Source: a virus (lineage: Duplodnaviria; Caudoviricetes). From it: a stretch of DNA of 64,000 nt. Positions within the stretch are counted from its first letter, which is position 1, and every line of letters begins with the position of its first letter. The position numbers and the translations under genes are program-made. Positions 8,304 through 16,638 of the stretch are shown in pieces. The DNA is taken from positions 32,001 through 96,000 of IMG/VR virus record IMGVR_UViG_3300021400_001346; one strand, given 5' to 3'. The notes below the pieces were generated by a model, which was not told the DNA's origin, did no database searches, and was given only the letters and a program-made list of their open reading frames with translations.

Positions 8304-8608
8304 TGTCAATACCTATTTAAGAATTCCGTCTACCGCGAGGTGATAAGCCATTATCCGCAGAATAATATTAACGTATGTAATATTAGAGAGTTTTGTATCC
8401 TTGCACTATCAACTGCAAGTTGTGGCAACGAAATTCTTAAATAGATACTATTGTCAATACCTATTTAAGAATTCCGTCTGCCGCGGGCTGGCTAGTGCCA
8501 TTATTCTCACGTGCGCTTATGGATTTCCACCTCAGGAATAGAAAGATTTGCCATTCTTACCTATTTGCCCCTGTTAAGTCGTGGCACGGAACTCTTAAAT
8601 AAGTATTG
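8304..8608. repeat. Two tandem ~150-bp cassettes, each with ~28-bp terminal inverted arms around a variable core
   Basis: Left arm TACCTATTTAAGAATTCCGTCTRCCGCG, internal GCCATTAT, right arm AAGTYGTGGCA(A)CGRAAYTCTTAAATA. The 60-70-nt cores are unrelated. Confidence 0.8.
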
Positions 8609-8852
8609 TTATTTCCGTCTGGTGGAAGGTTTCACTTAGGTTAACCATCATTTTACTAGTAATAAGTGAAGACCTTCCGTCTACCCATTTCTCCTTGGGC
8701 GGCTTACCCTTACGTGCGCCTACTATACCCTACGTGTCCGTCTGGCGAAAAACTTGATAGACAATGAGACCATTTTCTCATTAAGATAGGTTCAGGCTAA
8801 GGGGTCCGTCTGAGCCCATCTTAATGAGAGGAAGGAATTACCTTCCGTCTCC

Positions 8853-9128
8853 CTATTCAGCGACTAATTTGTAAACGGTGTCGCTATAAGATTTATGACC
8901 GATGACTTCTTTATCATAGACAATGTCGGCAACAAACTCTCTCTTTCCGTCTGTGTTGACAATACCTTTTGTCTTTAAGGTATTAATAGAGCCTGTTTTA
9001 AACTCTTTGCCACTGACTTTTTTGATTTCTCTTAAAGTCATTCCGTCTGGGAATTGCTCCTTATTGTTTGATAAGATTTCAACGAATGATTTTTGAGTGT
9101 CGTTCATAACCCATTTTCTGTCTGCCAT
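8853..9128 (-). CDS. Small winged-helix-like DNA-binding protein, 91 aa
   Basis: GMTLREIKKVSGKEFKTGSINTLKTKGIV; paralogue of 5680..5928. Confidence 0.7.
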   Translation of the reverse strand: MADRKWVMNDTQKSFVEILSNNKEQFPDGMTLREIKKVSGKEFKTGSINTLKTKGIVNTDGKREFVADIVYDKEVIGHKSYSDTVYKLVAE

Positions 9129-9163
9129 AGTTATTTCTCCTTTCCTTAACTTTCTACTATATA

Positions 9164-9620
9164 ATTATAGCATACTTGAAGCAATCGTTCAAGGGTTTAT
9201 TTCAGTTTTCCGTCTGCCGTTTTTCCTTTTTATAAGTGGAACTCTTTAACTTTCTTACCTTAATATTATATCATAATATTTAAGGCTTTGCAAGAACTAT
9301 TTTTAACTTTCCGTCTGCGAACTTTTGCTCGGCTTACGATTACTAGGTTAATTAATTCTTACTACTATATTATATCATATTCTCATATGATATTCAAGCA
9401 CTAATTTTAAGTTTCCGTCTGCGCCGTTCCTTTCAACCAGCGCCAACTCAACTTTCTTCTACCTTAATATTATATCATAATATTTAAGGCTTGTAAAGAG
9501 ATAATTTTATCTTTCCGTCTACCCCAAACTTATTTGAGGCACGGCTTACTTATCTCTTGTATGTAAATATTATATCATATTTACATATAAGAAACAAGTA
9601 GTTTCTACTCATTTCCGTCT
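9164..9620 (-). promoter_or_regulatory. Five tandem ~101-bp units, each AGACGG plus a -35/extended -10 promoter
   Basis: -35 boxes start at 9597, 9497, 9397, 9293 and 9192, each 17 nt from TG-x-TATAAT, with AGACGG exactly 23 nt upstream. Confidence 0.9.
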
Positions 9621-9937
9621 GAAGGTCCGCTCACGCTAACTCTACGATTTAATGTAGTCAACACCTCATAGAATTGACCTGCGACCAATTTATTCCATTT
9701 TCCGCCTGGGTTATCAATTGTGGCTTCTTCTTGAAACACAACCTTTCCGTCTGCATTTTGTCTGCCATATCTAATGTTATATTGTATAGACTTATAGTCA
9801 TCATCTGCAATTATGGTTGTGCTATCAATACAAACATAGGTTCCGTCTAGTGGCGCATATTCTTCACGCATAATGGCATTTAATTCTTTTTCTAACTTTT
9901 TTATTTGTCCGTCTGTGATTTTAATTTTGTTATTCAT
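9605..9937 (-). CDS. Hypothetical protein, about 110 aa
   Basis: ORF with its own promoter (9974-10002) and RBS. Confidence 0.65.
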   Translation of the reverse strand: MNNKIKITDGQIKKLEKELNAIMREEYAPLDGTYVCIDSTTIIADDDYKSIQYNIRYGRQNADGKVVFQEEATIDNPGGKWNKLVAGQFYEVLTTLNRRVSVSGPSDGNE

Positions 9938-10046
9938 AACTTTTTCCCCTTTCAATTTTTTCTTACCTATAATATTATATCATGCCTACTACGGCTTTGC
10001 AATACCCCAATTCATTCTTCCGTCTCTAAGACGGAAGGCTTAGGGC

Positions 10047-10517
10047 TCAACCTTGGAGCACCTTACCTTCGCTTCCGTCTACATCGGCATTTAATACTGT
10101 TGCAAGGATTGAGGTGTGAGGGTAAATCTTAATTGCGGTTCTTCCTCCGTCTGCCCATTGTTTGCAATTAACTCCATAGTCATCGAGTAAAATGCCTGTT
10201 TTAGTTTTTGCAAAGTCGCTCTTGTTTTGTCCATTGCGCATAATAATTACTCTACGCATAGGCAATTCAGGAAGGTATTTTTTAATCCGTCTGCGCTTAT
10301 CTTTATCGGCTTGTTTGTTTGGCGAGGCTGATAAAATACGAACGCTATAACCTAACCCAATTAAGGCTTTAATTCCGTCTAAGTGTCCTTGAATTGGTGG
10401 AAGATTTGCAAAGAAACCTTTTTCCGTCTCAAAACGATTTCTCCATCCGTCTGCGCTATAGAAATCGGCAATAACTCCGTCCATATCACAATAGATAAAC
10501 TTTTTTGTCTTTTTCAT
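10047..10517 (-). CDS. HAD-family 5'(3')-deoxyribonucleotidase (NT5C-like)
   Basis: IYCDMDGVIADF, FFANLPP, ILSA, ILLDDY..N..W. Ends at TGA; TAG follows 7 codons later if read through. Confidence 0.85.
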   Translation of the reverse strand: MKKTKKFIYCDMDGVIADFYSADGWRNRFETEKGFFANLPPIQGHLDGIKALIGLGYSVRILSASPNKQADKDKRRRIKKYLPELPMRRVIIMRNGQNKSDFAKTKTGILLDDYGVNCKQWADGGRTAIKIYPHTSILATVLNADVDGSEGKVLQG

Positions 10518-10705
10518 AGTGTTTCCCCTTTCTATCTGATATAATTATATCATGCTTACATCTGCTTGTCAACCCGTCTGCCTGATATAATTATGCAGTA
10601 GTTAGGAATGTTATGGAATGCTTAGAGGAGGTTCACCCCTAACTACTCTATAATTATATCATAGTGGCGGTGGCTTGTCAATGCCACCAACCACCTTTCC
10701 GTCTG

Positions 10706-10930
10706 CTAATATTCAACTCCAAGTTGATTACAAAGCCTTCTAATCATTTGCGACCTTGTTTCGAGTTTTCTAACAACCTGTCCGTCTGGCAAAGTCTTCA
10801 TATAGATTTGCTTTTGACTGCAAGCACTATGCCGTTTTCCGTCTGCACTTTTCTCTAGTAATGATACGGTTGTCCATCCGTCTCTATCAACGACCTTATA
10901 CTTTTTAACTTTTGGTTCTTTTGTTTTCAT
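10706..10930 (-). CDS. Small basic hypothetical protein, 74 aa
   Basis: ORF with its own promoter (10955-10983) and RBS. Confidence 0.6.
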   Translation of the reverse strand: MKTKEPKVKKYKVVDRDGWTTVSLLEKSADGKRHSACSQKQIYMKTLPDGQVVRKLETRSQMIRRLCNQLGVEY

Positions 10931-11009
10931 ACCCCTTAATTCCTTTCTAGTAATATTATATCATACTTTTTGTGGCTTGTAAATAGCCTATTTTATTTTT
11001 CCGTCTGCC

Positions 11010-11129
11010 CTATTGTCTTAAAGCAATCCAAACATAGAGTTGTTCGCTCTCTTTTTGTTCCGTCTCATCCGCCTTTCCGTCTGCGACCTTTTGCTTTAAT
11101 TCTTGTAAGCGTTGTTCTAATTCTTCCAT
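11010..11129 (-). CDS. 39-aa peptide MEELEQRLQELKQKVADGK..
   Basis: Own promoter (11155-11183) and RBS; in frame with the upstream kinase across its TGA. Confidence 0.55.
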   Translation of the reverse strand: MEELEQRLQELKQKVADGKADETEQKESEQLYVWIALRQ

Positions 11130-11165
11130 ACCCCTTAACTCCTTTTCTAATAATATTATATCATA

Positions 11166-11603
11166 TCAATATACTAATTGCAATAGTTTATCTTTTAAAT
11201 CCGTCTGGATTTTTTTCGCACATACTTTTATTTTACGGCAATTTAAATTATTATAATATTGCATATCTTTTTCAAAATTTTGTATACAATCCATTAAGGC
11301 TTTTAAATTTCCGTCCGTTTTATTACGTGCCCATCTAAACATTAAGCGGGCTATCCATTCTTCTTTACTTCCGTCTGGAATAATTAGAATAAAATTTACT
11401 TTTAATTTCATAAGTGTTTCAATAACACATGGGTGGGCTGATAAGAAAACATCTTTTCCGTCTGCTTCTATTTTGCGTGCAGTATAAATATAATTAACTT
11501 GCCAATTTTTTACTTTTTTAAAAGTATTACTATCTAAATCAATACCGTCCGTCTCAGCGCACAATGTTGTTTTACCTACGCCACTATATCCACAAAATAG
11601 CAT
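11166..11603 (-). CDS. P-loop NTPase, nucleotide-kinase-like, 145 aa
   Basis: N-terminal Walker A GYSGVGKTT followed by IDLDS; NMP-kinase-like size. Confidence 0.75.
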   Translation of the reverse strand: MLFCGYSGVGKTTLCAETDGIDLDSNTFKKVKNWQVNYIYTARKIEADGKDVFLSAHPCVIETLMKLKVNFILIIPDGSKEEWIARLMFRWARNKTDGNLKALMDCIQNFEKDMQYYNNLNCRKIKVCAKKIQTDLKDKLLQLVY

Positions 11604-11638
11604 ATTTTACCCCTTTCGCCCTTTCTCACTAGTTAGGT

Positions 11639-12124
11639 TTAAAACCTAACTAGTGTTTCTAATACTTTACTAACGCCCTTAATTTTTCCGTTTTTAGCAA
11701 AGTTGTAATATTTAGTATTTGAACGATAGACACCATAAGGGTCGACCATAATGAGTTCTTTATACTCGCCGTTTTCATAGTCTTGCAATTGTTTTTCACT
11801 AATACTTGCGTATGCGACCGAGTTCGTGTATTTAATTTCATAGTCGTGATTATTAAGTTTTAAATCTACACGACCAGCACTATATTTACTAGCACTTTTT
11901 TGATTTTTAAGTAATAATTTAATCAAGCATTCAACGACCGAGCCACGATTTAAAACTTTGCCATTTCTAGCGACCTCGCACGTAATTTGCGCTTTATTGT
12001 CTAGCATATTGCATAATGAAATTATAGCATCATTGCAAGTGTGATTTTTTGCGTTTGCTTTTGTGTCGTTGATATACATATCACGGACGGAACGAATAGA
12101 TAAAGTTTGAATTGTGTTTTCCAT
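11639..12124 (-). CDS. Putative PD-(D/E)XK restriction-endonuclease-fold nuclease
   Basis: RGSVVE ... RVD-LKLNNHDY-EIK pattern; first gene behind two strong promoters. Confidence 0.55.
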   Translation of the reverse strand: MENTIQTLSIRSVRDMYINDTKANAKNHTCNDAIISLCNMLDNKAQITCEVARNGKVLNRGSVVECLIKLLLKNQKSASKYSAGRVDLKLNNHDYEIKYTNSVAYASISEKQLQDYENGEYKELIMVDPYGVYRSNTKYYNFAKNGKIKGVSKVLETLVRF

Positions 12125-12162
12125 AAAATAACCCCTTAATTTATTCAACTTTTTAATAAGTC

Positions 12163-12301
12163 TTTTAACTTATTACACTTATAATTATAAACTTTTATTT
12201 TTTGTTGTCAATACTTTTTTTAAAAGTTTTTTAATTTTTTTTGTAATTCGTTTTTTAACTTATTACACTTATAATTATAAAGATATATTTTATAGTGTCA
12301 A
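12163..12301 (-). promoter_or_regulatory. Two tandem consensus promoters sharing a 28-bp direct repeat
   Basis: TTGACA-17-TATAAT and TTGACA-16-TATAAT; repeat TTTTAACTTATTACACTTATAATTATAA; A/T tracts upstream. Confidence 0.8.
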
Positions 12302-12420
12302 TTGCAAAAACGATTTTAATATATTGCAAAAATTATTATGTGGGGGGGGGTAGTATTAATTTTTTTCACATTTTTTCAAAAATTCCGGCCCACCTCTGGT
12401 AGAAAATTTATATGCTCCAT
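12300..12420. other. Poly-G tract with A/T tracts; candidate genome terminus or packaging-initiation site
   Basis: G9 at 12342-12350, an abrupt composition change, and position between the early module and the GIY-YIG/terminase genes. Confidence 0.4.
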
Positions 12421-12434
12421 TTTTTGATGACTGC

Positions 12435-13397
12435 CTACTTCTTATTCAACCCAATCTCCGTACACCCGTACCAGTCGATCCACCATCTTTCTCTTTCATT
12501 CAACAGTCTTCTATCATTCACCCTCTCAACTACTTCTCAGTAGAAATCTTCAATCAGATGGTCCTCATACAACTTCTCACCTCCACTACTCTCCACTCCT
12601 ATCATCTTTTTAGCGTGTTGGTACCATCTCTCCTTAATATTAACTGCCTGCCCAACATAGCAAACCCTAACATCATCTTTCAACACCAATCTATAAATGC
12701 CGCAACAACCGTCGGCTTCTTCTCTCTTCACCAATCGTTGCATGGCTGGCATTCAGACCTTTCTCCATTCGATGGCCGCCAATTCACTTTTCAAATCCCC
12801 GTACTCTTCCTCGATCGTCCTAATCAGTTTCACTAACTTCATGTCTCTCCCACTCACTTCAAGCGGCCAACCATTTTCGCCACCTTCTTCCTTTCAGCCG
12901 CGCAAGACCGCTAACCTATTCTCTGTCTGTAGCCTCTCCAATTCTTCCACCAGTCTTTGAACTTCTTCTTTGCGGCGACCCAACACGCTGTCGACTTGAG
13001 TCAATTCTTCCTTGGCATGCACCAAATCGGCCGCCACCTTCTCCATTTCAGCTTGGCGTTCATTGAGAGCCGCGAGTTGTTGTCCAGCATGGGCGCTCAA
13101 GTCTTCCTGTTGACCCTTCAGAATATTCGCCCTCTCTTCTCAATAATTCACCTGGTTTTGAAGTTCATCAATGCGGCCACATTTGGCTAATAGAGCCTCA
13201 TTTGACGCTGTTACCTTCTTTAACTCCTCAGCCGCCTTATCTCGTTCCTCAATAGCCTTAGTTAACTTAACTACCAATTGCCTAACTTCATCGGCATGGT
13301 CGTCACTTTTATCCTTCTTATATTTAATTAAAACGGTTGTAACAATTAACGCCGCGATTAATACCATCGCCACGCTTACGCATATTCCTATTACCAT
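12435..13397 (-). CDS. Membrane-anchored coiled-coil GIY-YIG endonuclease, 320 aa; four internal TGA
   Basis: TGA at 13140, 12894, 12753 and 12537 join three track ORFs. N-terminal hydrophobic helix, GIYRL..CYVGQAVNIKERW, and LNERERWWIDWY..GLN beyond the last TGA. Confidence 0.85.
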
Positions 13398-13444
13398 ATT
13401 ATCTCCTTTTTCCTATTATAATAAAAAAAGTTGGCCCGCGCCAA

Positions 13445-13669
13445 CTATTTTTCCTCATCGAAGCCTAAACTTTCCGCATCGTCTCCTTCCAGAGACGCCA
13501 TGATGCGGGCTCAAGTAGCCTCATCGAGTTCGATATCATCAATCAGTTTAGTTTCGGCATCGAATAAATGCACGAAATCAACTGTTTCATCTAATTGTTC
13601 ATCTGTTAAAAATTTTTCGGCATCTAATTCTACACCCGTAGGTCCGCCATTCTTATTTTCAATTTTCAT
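13445..13669 (-). CDS. Very acidic 74-aa protein; one internal TGA
   Basis: RBS GAGGT; MKIENKNGGPTGVELDAEKF..DEAT*ARIMASLEGDDAESLGFDEEK; absent from the ORF track. Confidence 0.6.
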
Positions 13670-13814
13670 ATAATACCTCTTGTTAATTTACTTTATAAAA
13701 GTTTCTATTAATTATCAAAAATACATTTTCAGGCTACCATTACTATGAAAAAGCATTTTTGAATTTTTCAGTTTTATTGCATTATACTGATAGAAAGGAG
13801 ATATTAGACATCCT

Positions 13815-14813
13815 ATGATAAAATATAACTATGGTACTTGCCCTAAATGCGGCCGCCATAACGTAAAGCTAGTTTATTCTAATAACCCATTAAGCGGCAC
13901 TACGATTTGTTTCAACTGTGTAAAAGATAACCTCGATTATCAAAACTTATCACATGCCGATTTTTTCTGCCGCACTTATAACATTCCATTCGATCCAGAA
14001 CTCTGGTTACAATATTGCGACGAAGTAGGCAACGACGTTTTTGAAGAATACACTTCTCTTCAACTTGAGTCTCAAGAAGACCACCAAAACCTTTATTATG
14101 GTTCGGCAACCGCCGACCTTTGGAACAAAGTTAATAAAGAATGGGAAAAATGCCGTTCTTTCTCTGAAATATTGCGCAAACTTCCAACCATCAAAGACTC
14201 TTATATGGAACGTGGCCATTTAAAATGGGGCGAGCAATATACTTTTGAAGAACTTATTAAACTCGATTCTATTTACACCCGCACTTTGCGTGCCAATAAC
14301 ATTACTAATCCGCTTCAACGTGAAGCCGTTAAGACGCTTTGCAAACTGCAAATCGAAATGGACGAAGCTATCCGCGCGAAAGACGCCAAGGCCATCCGTG
14401 ACTTTTCTAATGCATGGTCAACTTTTGCTAAACAAGCGGACCTTGAAACCATGATTAATGAAACCAAGACTGATGACATCACTACCGTCGCCGAATTATA
14501 CGACTACATGGAACGTCAAGGTTTCCAATTCAAATACTTTGATGGATTTGATCGTGATGAGGTTGACCGCACCATTCGAGATATCCAAGATGCCAACCGT
14601 CAACTCATTCTCGAATCAACTGGTCTTCAATCACTACTCGAGGAAATGCGCGATCAACGTAACCGCACCCTCGAAGAAGAAAAGACCAACCAAGTCATTA
14701 AGGAGGAAACTCCATTGGAAGACCTTCTCAACTTATCACCTGCCGACGTCGACATTGATACAGAAGACGATTCCGAAGCCATTGAAGAAGATTTTTCTGA
14801 AGGAACAAATTAA
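13815..14813 (+). CDS. Putative terminase small subunit-like protein with an N-terminal Zn ribbon
   Basis: CPKC..CFNC, helical body, acidic tail, directly upstream of TerL. Confidence 0.5.
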   Translation: MIKYNYGTCPKCGRHNVKLVYSNNPLSGTTICFNCVKDNLDYQNLSHADFFCRTYNIPFDPELWLQYCDEVGNDVFEEYTSLQLESQEDHQNLYYGSATADLWNKVNKEWEKCRSFSEILRKLPTIKDSYMERGHLKWGEQYTFEELIKLDSIYTRTLRANNITNPLQREAVKTLCKLQIEMDEAIRAKDAKAIRDFSNAWSTFAKQADLETMINETKTDDITTVAELYDYMERQGFQFKYFDGFDRDEVDRTIRDIQDANRQLILESTGLQSLLEEMRDQRNRTLEEEKTNQVIKEETPLEDLLNLSPADVDIDTEDDSEAIEEDFSEGTN

Positions 14814-14816
14814 CAA

Positions 14817-16625
14817 ATGCTAGTAGACGATTTTTTTGATGATAGTTATATAGATCCTGAAATTGAGGACTATATTAATTTTTTAGACGCAGATGAGCAA
14901 GAAACCACCGGCTTCTTAACTAAAAAGCGCATTGACGCGCATTTTCAAGAGTGCGGCGAAATGCTCAATTTTTTCATTGCCTATCCAGACCGCTTCGTTG
15001 ACATCATTACGCCGCATGAAAGCCACTTCCACCTATTCTTCTTCCAACGTATTATGATTCGTTGCATCGCGCGTGGAATTGCAACTTTCGAGACCTTCAG
15101 CCGTGGTACTTCAAAATCCTTCCTCGCCGACCTCGAAAGATACTTGCACTGCATGTTTGTGCCGCGCCATGATACAACCATCACCGCGGGTACAAATAAA
15201 CAGGCGGCCGAAATCGCTAAACAAAAGATAGTTGATGACTTATGGGTGAAGTTCCCTCTTCTCGCTAACGAAATGCAAAAGCGTAAAGTGGCCGGAAAAA
15301 TTTTAGACGCCTATAAAATGGGTAAAGACTATGTTGAATTTAATTTTAAAAATGGCTCTTCACTCGGCCTCGGAAACGTAAGAGGTTTGCGTCGTAAATC
15401 TCTAATCTTCGAAGAAGTTATCGAACAAGATCCAGTCAAAGTTAATGAAGTCTACATTCCTTTACTTAACGAACCTCGTAAACTTTACAACGGCCTTATT
15501 AACCCTTACGAACCACAATCTCAACAAATATATATTACTACTGCGGGCTATCAAGGCACCTTTGCCTATCAAAAGCTTATCGAAATTTTATGCCGCTCTG
15601 TCTTCGAGCCCGACCATTACTTTGTCCTTTGCGGTACTTATCGTTTGCCGCTCTCCGTGGGGCTTACCTCTAAAAAGCAAATCGAAGACATTATCAACGC
15701 ACCTTCATTCAGCCGCGCGTCCTTCGAACGTGAATATGAAAGCCGCTGAAGTGATGCCCCTGCCGGCGCGGCCTTTAGCAGTAGTGTTGTTTCTTCCTTA
15801 CGTCAAGTTAAAAAGGTTGAACTTAAGGATAAACGTACGGAACTTCAAGTCTCTGAACAGTCATGCTTCTATGTCATCTGCGCCGATATGGCGAAGGATG
15901 GTAGCGCAGACACGGCAGTAGGTGTAGCCAAGGTCACTCCAAAAGACCATTACTTCACTTACAAGTTCGTCAATCTCTTTACCATTCCATCTACTGACTA
16001 CATGGTAGTCGCAAATACTTTCAAGAAAACCGTTCTAGCCTATAATGCCCGATTACTCATTTACGATGCTAATGGTATTGGCGCCGCGATGAGAGACTGA
16101 TTAAACAAAGAAACTACTGACGAATTTGGCAATTTATTAGAAGGTTTAGGTATAATTAATCCGCCAACTTCCTCAGAACGAGACTTGATAAGATATCCAA
16201 AAGATAAGACAATATGTTATGAGATAAAATCTGGAGGAAAAATTGGAGAACAAATCCATTATTTCTTCTTTTCTCGTATGAGTACAGGCGCAATTACTTA
16301 TCCAATTAAACTTAACGAAGCGTTATCTCTTTACTCAAAGAACAAAACATTTATGCAAATGAGTATGCGCAAACAACAAGAATATCTACTTCCTTTCAAA
16401 ACAATGGATTTAATGGAAGAAGAACTTAAAAACTTAGATATCGTTAATACATCTGACAATATGTCCAACTCTTTGCGTATTGTAAGACGTAACCCCAACA
16501 TTCAAAAAGACTTTTTCTCCATGGCGGAGTATTTAGTCTGGGGAGTTAATCAACATTTAGAACTTGAATATTATCGTACTAAGCGTAGTCGTTCTCAAAA
16601 ACGTATTATCGCTTTAGTAAACTAG
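14817..16625 (+). CDS. terL: Terminase large subunit, 602 aa; TGA at 15747 and 16098
   Basis: LFFFQR, FSRGTSKS (Walker A), VRGLRR, LIFEE (Walker B), YITTAG, FEREYESR[W], ADMAK..D nuclease motif, KDFFS. Confidence 0.9.
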
Positions 16626-16638
16626 GAGGACGATTATT

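Larger units (their letters stand above)
6863..11554 (-). repeat. Dispersed, strand-polarised array of 50 AGACGG(A) motifs, roughly one per 95 bp
   Basis: Hand count of 50 exact CCGTCT on plus (49 as TCCGTCT) against one in the opposite sense (10029, in a hairpin); only sporadic copies elsewhere in the window. Confidence 0.95.

Noticed and set aside
9164-9620. CRISPR-like repeat-spacer array
   Set aside because: The conserved parts are promoter elements plus AGACGG; the units are too degenerate
6863-11554. Neisseria DNA uptake sequence (GCCGTCTGAA shares CCGTCT)
   Set aside because: Flanks differ (TCCGTCT, variable 3' base), the array is local and single-stranded in orientation, and nothing suggests a Neisseria host
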